This document shows positions 53,696-63,609 of a stretch of 64,000 nucleotides of DNA, one piece after another. Source of the DNA: an uncultured delta proteobacterium (GTDB lineage: Bacteria > Desulfobacterota > Binatia > UBA9968); NCBI GenBank assembly GCA_963840855.1, contig CAWJBB010000002.1, forward strand, positions 64,001 to 128,000, written 5' to 3'. The notes beneath the pieces were generated by a model. It saw only the letters and a list, made by a program, of their open reading frames with translations. It was not told the DNA's origin and ran no database searches. The position numbers and the translations under genes were made by a program. The stretch's first letter is position 1; each line of letters starts with the position of its first letter.

Positions 53696-53727
53696 AAGGG
53701 TCTATTATCACAGCACAAGCGACCATC
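53696..53727 (+). repeat. 32 bp direct repeat, copy 2
   Basis: Identical to 51050-51081. Confidence 0.85.
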
Positions 53728-53760
53728 CGCTACCTTGTCATGCGGTTGCGCTCCCTCGCT

Positions 53761-54170
53761 TCATTGGCTGGCGCACAATTCGCCCCACTGTGGTGAAGTG
53801 AACGCCAAATTCCTTCGCGATTTGTTGATAGCTGTAGGCCCCGGTCTCGTACGCTGCCCGAATTGCGCCGTCCCGATTCTTGTGTTGCCGACGTATGGCG
53901 CTGAGCTTTGGTGCCGGCCCCGTTGTTGCACCCTCGGTATGTTAACATCCTCGTCGCGTTCGCCTAGCTTGTCCCGCATCTGCTCGACACAGTCGTCATC
54001 GCCCAAATAGATCTGTCCTTTGAGATCTTTCCAGATGCTCCCTGCGCTCATCCCCTCCTCGATAAATTGTTGGTACTTCCGTCTCGCGCCAGCACGTCTC
54101 TTGCTGAACTCTGCCAAAAGACCGTCGGTGGTGAGCCATACCGGAGCTGGGGACGTTCCTATCGTCGTGC
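53761..54170 (-). pseudogene. C-terminal remnant of a RAYT/IS200-like transposase
   Basis: ARRKYQQFIEEG...IWKDLKGQIYLGDDDCVE...IPRVQ. Confidence 0.6.
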
Positions 54171-54302
54171 CGTAACGCGTCCCTTTTTAGTCCGCCTTGC
54201 GTTCAGCGCACGACGCTATCGCCCGGTCCTGTAATGTTATATGAATGAGCAGCTCCGGACGGCGATGGTTTTCTTGCAAAGCGAACAGTCGAGGAACTTC
54301 GG

Positions 54303-55358
54303 TTGAAGGCCGTGCTTACTCTTCTAGGGTGGCTCGTGGTAGCGGTGACAATCATGCCGTTGTCGCGGTTCGGATTTTGGTGGATCAGGATATTTGATTT
54401 CCCGCGGGCTCATATTGCCGTGGCCGCCGCGCTTACGGCGCTGCTCTTAACGCTAGCGGAGACGCCCCCGACCTTCGCGGCTTGGATCTTACTTTTCGCG
54501 CTCGCGGCCAGCGTCGTCATTCAGGCATACTGGATTTATCCTTATACCATTCTGGTCGCGCCGGAGGTCCAGAACAACAGGCACAGCGCGGGCGAGGTTC
54601 GTCTGATGATCGCCAATATCCTCATCACGAACCGGCAATTTCCGCGGTTAGCGAACCACGTTGCGCAGTATGATCCGGACATGCTGTTGGTGCTCGAAAC
54701 CAATGAATGGTGGGCTCGTCAATTACAATCGCTGGACCCGCGGTTTCCTTACAAGGTTTCCTATCCGCTCGAAAACGCCTATGGCATTTCGCTTCATTCC
54801 AAACTTGACTTAACGGACACGGAGATCAGGTTTTTAGTCCAAGACGATATTCCCTCGATACGCACTAAAGTTAAGCTCAATGAGCGCTGCGTGGTGGAAT
54901 TTTATGGAGTCCATCCCAGACCTCCGACTCCCCCGGAGCATGACCGATCAACGGAAAGAGACGCGGAATTGATTCTGATTGGTCGAGAATGTGAGACGAG
55001 CAAGCTGCCGGTGATCGTTGCCGGTGATTTGAACGACGTGGCATGGTCATATGGCACTTTGCGCTTTCGCAAGATCAGCCGTCTGCTCGATCCCCGCATC
55101 GGGCGCGGTTTCTTCGGCACCTTTCACGCCAAGCTGCCGTTTTTTCGGTGGCCGCTGGATCATGTGTTTCATTCGGATCACTTTCGCCTCGTGGACATGA
55201 AGGTCCTGCCGCAGTTCGGTTCGGATCACCTGCCCGTTTTTGTCCATCTAAGTTACGAGCGAGATGCCGAGTTCACCCAGAAAGAACCCGAACGTCCTTC
55301 TTCCGAAGAGCGCGAAGAAGCGCAAGAGCTTGTCGAGGAGGCCCAAAAGGGCAATTGA
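54303..55358 (+). CDS. Endonuclease/exonuclease/phosphatase family protein (YafD-like, N-terminal TMs)
   Basis: IANILITN, PDMLLVLE, VHPRPP, VAGDLND, PLDHVF, GSDHLP. Confidence 0.85.
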   Translation: MKAVLTLLGWLVVAVTIMPLSRFGFWWIRIFDFPRAHIAVAAALTALLLTLAETPPTFAAWILLFALAASVVIQAYWIYPYTILVAPEVQNNRHSAGEVRLMIANILITNRQFPRLANHVAQYDPDMLLVLETNEWWARQLQSLDPRFPYKVSYPLENAYGISLHSKLDLTDTEIRFLVQDDIPSIRTKVKLNERCVVEFYGVHPRPPTPPEHDRSTERDAELILIGRECETSKLPVIVAGDLNDVAWSYGTLRFRKISRLLDPRIGRGFFGTFHAKLPFFRWPLDHVFHSDHFRLVDMKVLPQFGSDHLPVFVHLSYERDAEFTQKEPERPSSEEREEAQELVEEAQKGN

Positions 55359-55483
55359 ACTCATTCTGATGGATCTCCGGGCTAAGTATTTATCGACGCC
55401 ATAACGCGCTCAGGGGCGACGCATTATACGAGCAGCGTGAGTCATCAACGTTGGACGGGAAAAGCAGAGACGCGACTCCATTT

Positions 55484-55757
55484 CCAAGACGCAACTGCAA
55501 CAAGGATTTGTTCTTGCCGGGGATCCCGAGCGCGTTGCCGATAGCATTCGCAAATGGAGCGAGGAAGTCGGGCTCACGACGATTTCCGGCACCTTCTACT
55601 TCGGCGGCATGCACCAAGACATGGCGATGAAAAACATCCGCCTGTTCGCGGACAAGGTGGTGCCGCAGCTCAAGCAGTGAGAAGAAAATGAACCACAAAG
55701 GGCGCAAAGGTTATAAAAGCGGAGAGGGCCTGCTAGGAGTTTGTCCAGCTAGTCACC
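55484..55757 (+). repeat. Direct repeat copy 2 (orphan 3' fragment of the LLM gene)
   Basis: Near-identical to 19151-19425, with scattered substitutions and a 1 bp indel. Confidence 0.9.
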
Positions 55758-55804
55758 AGCGTCCCGATGAGCGGACGCGGGGCGAGTCCAGGCAGTCCCG
55801 AGTT

Positions 55805-56836
55805 TTACGTGTCTAAAGTTCCTTTGAAGAAAACTTCTTCAATGGCCGCGAGCTTTCGCGTCAAGCCTTCTTCATGAGAGTTCTGGAAAAGCATTTCCAG
55901 CATGGGACGATTGCGGCTGATGCCGAAGGGGAAGGGATCGTCGCCGTAGGTAGCCGCCTGGTTCGCGGGGTCAGTTCCTTCGAAGTATAGATAAGCCGGG
56001 CCGCGGCGCGCTTCTTTATCATAGGCGTTTTGTTTGCTCGCGCTGAACAGCCGGAACATTTCCGCCGCGAGGTCCGAGTGCTGCTCGAGTAAGCGGCGCT
56101 GCGCGACGATCACGTGATTGGCTGGAACGACGCCGGTCTTTTTGAAGAAGGCTTCGATAACGGCGCGGCCGCCATCGGCGAACAATTTCTTAAGCCGCGG
56201 GTTGCCTTCGAGGGCAGTGCCGCCATAGCGGTCGATGTTCAGGGAAAAGAGCTTTGGATCGTGGCGCGGCGCAAAGCCGTAGGCCGCGTCAATCTCGCCG
56301 CGGTCGAGCATCACGTCGAAGCTCTGCGCCGCCGTCAGCCAGGTGAGCGAGACGCCGGCCGGAGGAGCGGTGTCCGCGCCGAGCAGCCCGCCGTGGCTCA
56401 GGTCGCGGGTCCGGCCGATGTACCACGAGATTTCGTCGCGACGAATACTATAAAGTTCGCGGAGAATTGTCCTCATCCACAGCGCGGCGGTCATGACGTA
56501 GTCCGGCACGCCAACCCGTTTACCGCGTACATCTTTCAACTCGGCGATGCCCGCCGCGGTGTTTATGTACAGGCCGAGCCAGACGAATGCCTTGGCGGGA
56601 AAGATCGGCAGCGCGGACCATTGCCAGCGCTCGCCCTTAGCCTGCTCGCGGGTGATGAGGTATTCGGACATAGACATCTCAAAGATATCGAATTCATCGT
56701 TTTTCAGGTTGCGGTAAAATAGCTCGGGCGGCGTCGTTACGACAATTTCAAGATCGAGCTTCTCCGATTTGACGCTGCCGTCGATGAGCGGCTCGAAACG
56801 GGGATTCTTGGTCACACCGACTTTTAGTTTGAGCAT
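55805..56836 (-). CDS. 4,5-dihydroxyphthalate decarboxylase-like protein
   Basis: PLIDGSV, FDIFEMSMSEY, ALPIFP, GKRVGVPDYVMTAALW, DPFPFGISRNR. Confidence 0.75.
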   Translation of the reverse strand: MLKLKVGVTKNPRFEPLIDGSVKSEKLDLEIVVTTPPELFYRNLKNDEFDIFEMSMSEYLITREQAKGERWQWSALPIFPAKAFVWLGLYINTAAGIAELKDVRGKRVGVPDYVMTAALWMRTILRELYSIRRDEISWYIGRTRDLSHGGLLGADTAPPAGVSLTWLTAAQSFDVMLDRGEIDAAYGFAPRHDPKLFSLNIDRYGGTALEGNPRLKKLFADGGRAVIEAFFKKTGVVPANHVIVAQRRLLEQHSDLAAEMFRLFSASKQNAYDKEARRGPAYLYFEGTDPANQAATYGDDPFPFGISRNRPMLEMLFQNSHEEGLTRKLAAIEEVFFKGTLDT

Positions 56837-57014
56837 AGTTATATCTCTCGATTCGAGATGTTCTGCTCCTACATACGACGGCGTGGCGGACGACGTCAAA
56901 CTGGCCGACGACAACGATCTCTTTGCCATCAAGAACACAGCGGACATTGGACAATGGTCGGTGCTTCAGGTATGAGAGGAAAGTTCGAGATTTTGGGTCC
57001 GTGGAGGTACGGAA

Positions 57015-57902
57015 ATGAAGATTTGCCACTACAATAATAATCAAGCGGGTGTGGTCGTTGGCGACCAAGTGTTCAATATTGGCGACGCGTTGATCAAGGC
57101 CGGCCTGGCGCGCCAAGGCTATACGATGCTCGAAATCATCGACGCCCTCGCCAACAATCCCAAGGCGATGGATATCGCTCGGGACGCATCCAAGAGCGCC
57201 ACATCAGTCGCGCTGAGTTCGACCAAGTTGCTGGCGCCCATCCAAAACCCGGGATCGCTCTGGGCCGCGGCGGCCAATTACTACGCGCATCGGGCGGAAA
57301 TGGTCGAGCGCGTGGGCAGCGCGAACAAGGCAGTCGTAAACAAGGACGATTTGATGGCGGAATTCTTTCTCAAAACGACGTCATCGATTATCGGTCCAGG
57401 CGATACGATCATCTTGCCGAAAATTTCCAAGCTGGTGGACTTCGAATGCGAGCTTTGTGCGGTGATCGGCAAGCGGGCGCGAAAAGTGACTGAAGACCAA
57501 GCGCTGAATTACGTTTTCGGTTACACGATTTGCTGGGACATTAGCCAGCGCGACCCCTGGGGCAAAGGCATCCATAACACGCGCAACATACGAAAGGGCT
57601 TCGACACCTTCAGCGCCTTGGGTCCGTGGATCGTGACCCGGGACGAGATTGACGAGCCGCAGAATCTTTCGATCAAGGTCTTGCAAAACGGCAAGGAGGC
57701 GATGACCGCGCACACCAGCGACATGATCTGCGGTCTGCGCGAGCATATCCGCTTTCTCACCAGTTGCTTGACCCTTCGGCCGGGCGATTTGATCACCACC
57801 GGGACGCCGGCGGGCGTGAGCAAGCTGCGCGATGGCGACCGCCTGCACGGCACCATCGAGAAGATCGGCAGCATGGAACTCCACGTCAAGGACGAAGAAT
57901 AA
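57015..57902 (+). CDS. Fumarylacetoacetate hydrolase family protein
   Basis: FFLKTTSS, DFECEL, GYTICWDISQRD, KGFDTF, LRPGDLITTGTPAGV. Confidence 0.9.
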   Translation: MKICHYNNNQAGVVVGDQVFNIGDALIKAGLARQGYTMLEIIDALANNPKAMDIARDASKSATSVALSSTKLLAPIQNPGSLWAAAANYYAHRAEMVERVGSANKAVVNKDDLMAEFFLKTTSSIIGPGDTIILPKISKLVDFECELCAVIGKRARKVTEDQALNYVFGYTICWDISQRDPWGKGIHNTRNIRKGFDTFSALGPWIVTRDEIDEPQNLSIKVLQNGKEAMTAHTSDMICGLREHIRFLTSCLTLRPGDLITTGTPAGVSKLRDGDRLHGTIEKIGSMELHVKDEE

Positions 57903-58065
57903 GGCTTTGAGACTAGCAAATATATTTGAAATTTGGGCCTAATTTCGGATCAAGGAAATCGGAAATACTGTGACTCGCGCAAAGGCGCAAAGGCCGCCAA
58001 GGTGACGGACCAAGGCCCGCCATTCCGTTAAACATCAAATCTAAGAAGATATCGCGAGGTTTCTT

Positions 58066-59175
58066 ATGTCAGCGGCCGCCAAAGCCAATCCCCCGATCCG
58101 CATATTACTCGGACCGGGTCCAAGCCCGGTCCATCCGCGCGTGCTTCAAGCACTGGCGCTCCCCGTGGTCGGCCACCTCGATCCAAAGTTCCTTGAGATC
58201 ATGGATCAAAGCATGGCGATGCTGCGTGAAGTGTTCCAGACCAAGAATCGCCTGGCGTTGCCGATGTCCGGCACCGGCAGCGCGGGCATGGAGACTTGCT
58301 TCGTTAATCTGATCGAACCGGACGACGCCGTGTTGATCGGCGTGAACGGCGTCTTCGGCACGCGCATGGTAGACGTGGCGCAGCGCTGTGGCGCGCAGGT
58401 GGATACCGTCGAGGCAGACTGGGGCACGGCGCTCGATGCGCAGAATTTCAAAAACGCGCTGGCAAGGAAAAAATACAAACTGGTGGCGCTAGTTCACGCC
58501 GAAACATCCACCGGCGTGTTGCAGCCGTTGGATGACATCGCCAAATTCGTCCATGACAACGGCGCCCTCCTGCTGGTCGACGCCGTAACGTCGCTTGGCG
58601 GCGCGCCCGTGCGCGTCGATGAGCTTGGCATCGACGCCTGCTACAGCTGCACGCAAAAATGTTTGGGCTGCCTACCGGGACTTTCGCCGGTGACTTTCAG
58701 CGGCCGCGCGGTGGAAGCCATTCGCAACCGCAAGACCAAAGTGCGGAGCTGGTACCTCGATATCTCGATGATCGAAAAGTACTGGAGCAGCGAGCGCGTT
58801 TATCACCACACCGCGCCGATCTCCATGAACTATGCTTTACACGAGGCGCTGCGCATCGTGCTCGAAGAAGGGTTGGATGCGGCCTGGCAGCGACACACGC
58901 GCGTCCACGAAACGTTCATTCGCGAGATGCGCAAGTTGGAATTGGAGCCAGCGGTGGCCCAATCGATTCGCGCGCCGATGATCAATTCGGTCAAAATTCC
59001 CGAGGGCACCGACGACGCCAAGGTGCGCCAGCGCTTATATGACGATTTCAATATCGAAATCGGCGCTGGCTTGGGGCCGCTTAAAGGCAAAATCTGGCGC
59101 GTCGGCTTGATGGGCCACGGCGCGCGGGAAGAGAATATCGAGATTTTGGCCAAAGCGCTAAAGGCGCTGATTTGA
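58066..59175 (+). CDS. Alanine-glyoxylate/serine-pyruvate aminotransferase (class V PLP)
   Basis: LLGPGPS, SGTGSAGME, VHAETSTGV, VDAVTSLGG, TQKCL, YHHTAP. Confidence 0.9.
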   Translation: MSAAAKANPPIRILLGPGPSPVHPRVLQALALPVVGHLDPKFLEIMDQSMAMLREVFQTKNRLALPMSGTGSAGMETCFVNLIEPDDAVLIGVNGVFGTRMVDVAQRCGAQVDTVEADWGTALDAQNFKNALARKKYKLVALVHAETSTGVLQPLDDIAKFVHDNGALLLVDAVTSLGGAPVRVDELGIDACYSCTQKCLGCLPGLSPVTFSGRAVEAIRNRKTKVRSWYLDISMIEKYWSSERVYHHTAPISMNYALHEALRIVLEEGLDAAWQRHTRVHETFIREMRKLELEPAVAQSIRAPMINSVKIPEGTDDAKVRQRLYDDFNIEIGAGLGPLKGKIWRVGLMGHGAREENIEILAKALKALI

Positions 59176-59409
59176 TTTTGGTAGTTCCTGGTTCCAGGTT
59201 TCTGGTTGCTAGTTACACGCAACTTACTAAATCGATTCCATACTGACGTTGGTCCAATAATCTTCTCTTGTCCCCTTTTTTCAAAGGGGAATAGAGAGTC
59301 TCCCTTTGTAAAGGGAGAAGCTGTGAAAAAATTGAAAAAGGTCTTGTCATAGCTATATAACTATGCTATAGTCGCCTCCAAATCATTTCGTCGAGCGGAG
59401 GTGCTTTGC

Positions 59410-59613
59410 ATGGGATACCTAACCAAGGTCCAAGTGGTCGAACGGGCCAACGGGCAGCGACAATTCTATCTGATATGTCCGGCGCCTTTGGCTCAAGCTC
59501 TCGAGATGGAGAAAGGTGAGAGCATTGAGTGGGTGGTTGAGAATAAGTGGATCCTTCGCATAACACGCACTGAAGCTCGAAGGGCGTCGCGGAGCTCGCA
59601 TGCAAAACGATAA
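59410..59613 (+). CDS. Small AbrB/MazE-like protein inside the IS
   Basis: ggaggt RBS; FYLICPAPLAQALEMEKGESIEW. Confidence 0.6.
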   Translation: MGYLTKVQVVERANGQRQFYLICPAPLAQALEMEKGESIEWVVENKWILRITRTEARRASRSSHAKR

Positions 59614-61150
59614 AGCTCTGGAGAGATCTAAGACCCCGGAGGTGGCGGCTGGGGTGCGCTGCAAGCCCGTGGAGCGCAATCAACTGTTGTTGCGGGCGGT
59701 CGATGTGGAGAAGCTGGTGGGCGAAGAGCATGCGGTGCGAGCGATCTGGGAGTTGGTGGGTCAGTTGGATCTCACCCGGTACTACAGCGAGATTGGCGCC
59801 TTGGAAGGGCAAGCCGGCCGGCCGGTGTGGGATCCTCGGGTACTGATCAGTTTGTGGATCTATGCCTATAAGGACGGGGTCAGTTCGGCCCGTGAGATTG
59901 CGCGTTTGTGTGAGTTTGATCCGGCCTATCAGTGGCTGACGGGGATGGAGGTGGTCAATTATCACACGCTGGCGGATTTCCGCATTGACTACGAGCAGGC
60001 GCTCAACGGCTTGTTTGTCGAAGTGTTGGGAGTGCTCAGCCACCAGGGACTGGTCACGCTTAAGCGGGTCATGCACGATGGGACCAAGATCAAGGCTTGC
60101 GCATCGGAGAAGAGTTTTCGGCGCAAACAAACCCTGGAGACTCATCTTAAAGAGGCTCAGGAGCAGGTTAAAGCGATGGGAGATCCGCTCTCGGAAAAAC
60201 TCAGTCAGCGGGTTTTTCGGGCGCGCCAGCGAGCGTTGCGCGAGAAGCAGGAGCGGCTTAAAGAGGCCCTTCGGGAGTTGGCGCAACTTAAGGCTACGCA
60301 GTGCGAGACAGCGCAGGATGAGCCCACAGAACAGGCAAAGAAAAAAGCAGCACGTGCCAGTAGCACCGACCCGCAGGCGCGCGTGATGTTGGGGGCCAAA
60401 GGGGCTTATGGGCCAGGCTACAACATCCAGATTTCCACCGACGCTCAGGCTAAGATCATCGTAGCAATGGGCGTGACGCAGTCCTCTAGCGACGCGGGGG
60501 AATTGGCAGGAGCCGTAGAACGAATCGAAACTAATCTTGGGCAAAAGCCCGAGCAGATGGTGGTGGACGCAGCTTACCCGACGCACCAGGCCATTGAGGC
60601 GATGGCAGACAAAGAGATTGATTTGATTGGACCGCTGAGAGAGGGAAAAAAGATCCCGTGGAATGATCCATTGAAACGTCGCGGTATTAGTCCAGAGTTT
60701 TATCCCGAGGCCTTTGGCTATGATCCGAGTACCGACCATTACCGGTGTCCGGCAGAAAAGCTGCTTAGTTTTGAAACCGAGGAACGAAAGCCCGGTTGGG
60801 TGAGTCGTCGCTACCGGGCGCGACTGGCGGATTGTCGCAGCTGTCCTTTTCAGGCGCAATGTTGTCCCAAGACCAAAAAGGGACGTTCCTTGCTGCGTAT
60901 GGAGAAGACGGCTCCACTGATGGCCTTTGAAGCGAAGATGCAGACCGAACAGGCGCAAAAGATCTATAAGCAGCGAGCCGGGGTCGCGGAGTTTCCCAAT
61001 GCCTGGATTAAAGAGAAGTTTGGTTTGCGCCAGTTTCGCTTGCGCGGTGTGGTTAAGGTGGGACTGGAATCTCTTTGGGCCTGTCTCACCTACAATATTT
61101 GCCAGTGGGTGCGGCTTTGCTGGAAACCCCGGCGGTTGGCTCAAGCTTAG
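59600..61150 (+). CDS. IS1182-family transposase
   Basis: GRPVWDPRVL, SSAREIARLC, HDGTKIKA, STDPQAR, YNIQ, VVDAAY, CRSCP..C, RQFRLRG. Confidence 0.9.
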   Translation: MQNDKALERSKTPEVAAGVRCKPVERNQLLLRAVDVEKLVGEEHAVRAIWELVGQLDLTRYYSEIGALEGQAGRPVWDPRVLISLWIYAYKDGVSSAREIARLCEFDPAYQWLTGMEVVNYHTLADFRIDYEQALNGLFVEVLGVLSHQGLVTLKRVMHDGTKIKACASEKSFRRKQTLETHLKEAQEQVKAMGDPLSEKLSQRVFRARQRALREKQERLKEALRELAQLKATQCETAQDEPTEQAKKKAARASSTDPQARVMLGAKGAYGPGYNIQISTDAQAKIIVAMGVTQSSSDAGELAGAVERIETNLGQKPEQMVVDAAYPTHQAIEAMADKEIDLIGPLREGKKIPWNDPLKRRGISPEFYPEAFGYDPSTDHYRCPAEKLLSFETEERKPGWVSRRYRARLADCRSCPFQAQCCPKTKKGRSLLRMEKTAPLMAFEAKMQTEQAQKIYKQRAGVAEFPNAWIKEKFGLRQFRLRGVVKVGLESLWACLTYNICQWVRLCWKPRRLAQA

Positions 61151-61536
61151 AGGGGATACCACAAAACGAACCCTATGGCCGCCGTTGCAGCCGGAATAAA
61201 GAGTTAGTGAGGGAGCAATTGATGGCTTAAAACTCTTCATGACCGATAGAGTACCGTAAGTCCATCGCAAAAAAATCGCATGCAGCGAATCGAACCTCTG
61301 TTGCTCGTAAAATTTTTTCACAGCTTCGGAGATTTAGAGGGATTTTCATCCGCTCAAAGCGACTTTGACGCGACACTCTACTATCACCTGTAACGATCTG
61401 CGGCGTTCGAACAAAGCTGCGCTCTTGCTGGCGGCCATTTTCCGATCTAGTATGGCGGCGCTTCAGCGGGTCCGGCGCCGTCCTGCCGGCGCTGCCGTTC
61501 GAGGGAGTAAAATAGACATTTTATTATGGAGGAATA

Positions 61537-62565
61537 ATGAAGAGACTGTTCGGAATCATGTTTTTCTTGTTCGTGTCCGTGGGGGCGCTCCACGCCCAGG
61601 CGCCGTACTATCAGGGGAAAACGATTTCCTTTGTTGTCGGTTCCGGCGCGGGAACGGCTTATGATATTTACGCGCGGCTTTTGGGAAATCACATCGGCAA
61701 GTATATTCCCGGCAATCCCAACGTGATCATGCAAAACATGCCGGCGGCCGGCGGCATAGTGGCGGCAAATTTCGTTTATGCAGTGGCCAAGCCCGATGGC
61801 TTGACGCTCGCCTCGATCAATCCGGCGCATTATTTCAATCAGATTCAAGGCAACAAAGAGATAAAGTTCGATTGGCCGAAATTCACCTGGATCGCGAGCT
61901 CGGACAAATCGGAGCATATGCTCTACATGCGCGCGGATGCGCCGTATAAGACCATCCAGGATATCCGCAGTGCCAAGGAGCCGCCCAAGTGTGGCGCGAC
62001 TGGCACGGGAACCAGTGGTCACTACATTCCCAGGTTACTCGAAGAAACCCTCGGCACTAAATTCAACATCGTGACCGGTTATGCCGGGGGCAATGAGATA
62101 GACCTGGCTACGGAGCGCAACGAAGTCGTCTGCCGCTCGTTTACCACGGCAGCCTATTTTGGTCGCGAGCCGTACCATACCTGGCGCAAAAAGAACTTTG
62201 TGCGCATTCTCATGCAAACCGGTAAAACCCGCGATTCGCGGTTGCCGGAGACTCCTCTGTACGGTGATCTCATGAATGAATTCAAAACGCCGGAACTGGG
62301 ACGGCGGGTGGCGACCGTCATGTTGGGTTCCGGTGAGCTCGGCCGGCCCATCGTCGCCCATCCATCGACGGCACCGGACATTGCCAAAACGCTGCGCGAT
62401 GCCGCCATGAAGAGCATGGCCGATCCGCAGCTCCTCGCCGAGGCCGCCAAGCAAAACCTGGAGATCACGGCGGTCAGTGGCGAAGAGTTGGCAAAGATCG
62501 CCAGGGACGTGATCAATCAGCCGCCGGATGTGCTGGACCGGATCAGGAAAATATTGGCGCAGTAG
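61537..62565 (+). CDS. TctC/Bug family substrate-binding protein
   Basis: Paralogue of 1838-2869; YYQGKTI, QNMPAAGG, GYAGGNEIDLA. Confidence 0.9.
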   Translation: MKRLFGIMFFLFVSVGALHAQAPYYQGKTISFVVGSGAGTAYDIYARLLGNHIGKYIPGNPNVIMQNMPAAGGIVAANFVYAVAKPDGLTLASINPAHYFNQIQGNKEIKFDWPKFTWIASSDKSEHMLYMRADAPYKTIQDIRSAKEPPKCGATGTGTSGHYIPRLLEETLGTKFNIVTGYAGGNEIDLATERNEVVCRSFTTAAYFGREPYHTWRKKNFVRILMQTGKTRDSRLPETPLYGDLMNEFKTPELGRRVATVMLGSGELGRPIVAHPSTAPDIAKTLRDAAMKSMADPQLLAEAAKQNLEITAVSGEELAKIARDVINQPPDVLDRIRKILAQ

Positions 62566-62637
62566 CGGGAAGGCAATAGGCATCAGGCAATAGGCAATAG
62601 GTCGGAGCGCTCGTTGCGCGGTTGAACCAGGACGTAC

Positions 62638-63582
62638 GTGGCACTCCTTCTGCGCAGATCTGAAGTATCGGAGTTGCTCGATTTGCGCCGGGCGATGGGC
62701 GTGATCGAGCAGACATTACGTGAGCAGTCCGACGGTAACGTCAGACAAGTACCGCCGCTGCGTTTCATGGACCGCGGCATGCGCATGGTGGTCGGTGGCC
62801 TCGAAGCGCAGAACAAAAACGGCCTGAGAGTCAGCGTGACCGGCGGCGAGGCGCTGGCGCTGCTGTTCGAAATAGGCACCGGCAGGCTTTTGTCGTTGAT
62901 GGGTTATCCGTTCAGTAGTCTGCGCATCAGCGCGACGGTAGGGCTCGCTATCGACCGGCTGAGTAGCGCCGCCGCGAAAACCGTCGCGCTGATTGGCAGC
63001 GGCCGTTTGGCGCTGGCGGTTCTCGAACCGGCGATTGGGTTACGCCCAATCGAAAGAGCAATCGTCTACAGCCGAAGCGCGGCACATCGCGAAGCGTTCG
63101 CGCGCACCGCGGGTGATAAACTCGGAATTTCGGTTGAACCCGCCATGTCGGCTGAGCAGGCGATTGACGCGGCGGAGTTCGTTTTGGTCAGCACAAATTC
63201 ACCGGCGCCGGCGCTGCTCGGTCGGTGGCTGCGGCCGGGACTGGCCGTCTTCGGCGTCGGCCGGCCCAATGAATTCGACGACGAAGTTTATTTGCGCGCC
63301 AACTTGATCAGTGTGACCAGCAAGGCGCACGAGCTGGGATACTACGATACCAAACTCGATCAGCCGCTGATTCGGCTTTCGCAGCAAGAGGGCAAGATTA
63401 GCTGGAATTCCGTCATCGAACTTGGCGACATCGTTTCCGGAAAAAGCTCCGCGCCGGATTTATCGAGCAGCATTGTAGTCTTCCGCGACTCGCAGGGCGG
63501 CTATGGTGACTTGGCTTTGGCTGCGTGGGTTTACGAAGAGGCAAAACGCCGCGGCTTGGGACAGGAGATTAGTACTGAGTAA
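62638..63582 (+). CDS. Ornithine cyclodeaminase/mu-crystallin family protein
   Basis: LLFEIGTG, SLRISA, VALIGSGRLA, ELGDIVSG, FRDSQGG..DLALAAWVYE. Confidence 0.85.
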   Translation: MALLLRRSEVSELLDLRRAMGVIEQTLREQSDGNVRQVPPLRFMDRGMRMVVGGLEAQNKNGLRVSVTGGEALALLFEIGTGRLLSLMGYPFSSLRISATVGLAIDRLSSAAAKTVALIGSGRLALAVLEPAIGLRPIERAIVYSRSAAHREAFARTAGDKLGISVEPAMSAEQAIDAAEFVLVSTNSPAPALLGRWLRPGLAVFGVGRPNEFDDEVYLRANLISVTSKAHELGYYDTKLDQPLIRLSQQEGKISWNSVIELGDIVSGKSSAPDLSSSIVVFRDSQGGYGDLALAAWVYEEAKRRGLGQEISTE

Positions 63583-63609
63583 GAAGGCATGAGGCGAGAG
63601 GCATTAGGC

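Larger units (their letters stand above)
59317..61327 (+). mobile_element. Complete IS1182-family insertion sequence
   Basis: Perfect 17 bp IRs gaagctgtgaaaaaatt / aattttttcacagcttc; GGA duplication on both flanks. Confidence 0.88.

Noticed and set aside
55484-55757. Diversity-generating retroelement TR/VR pair
   Set aside because: Differences from 19151-19425 are not adenine-specific and no reverse transcriptase is present
59366-61321. 651 aa antisense ORF
   Set aside because: Shadow of the IS1182 transposase; no recognisable motifs
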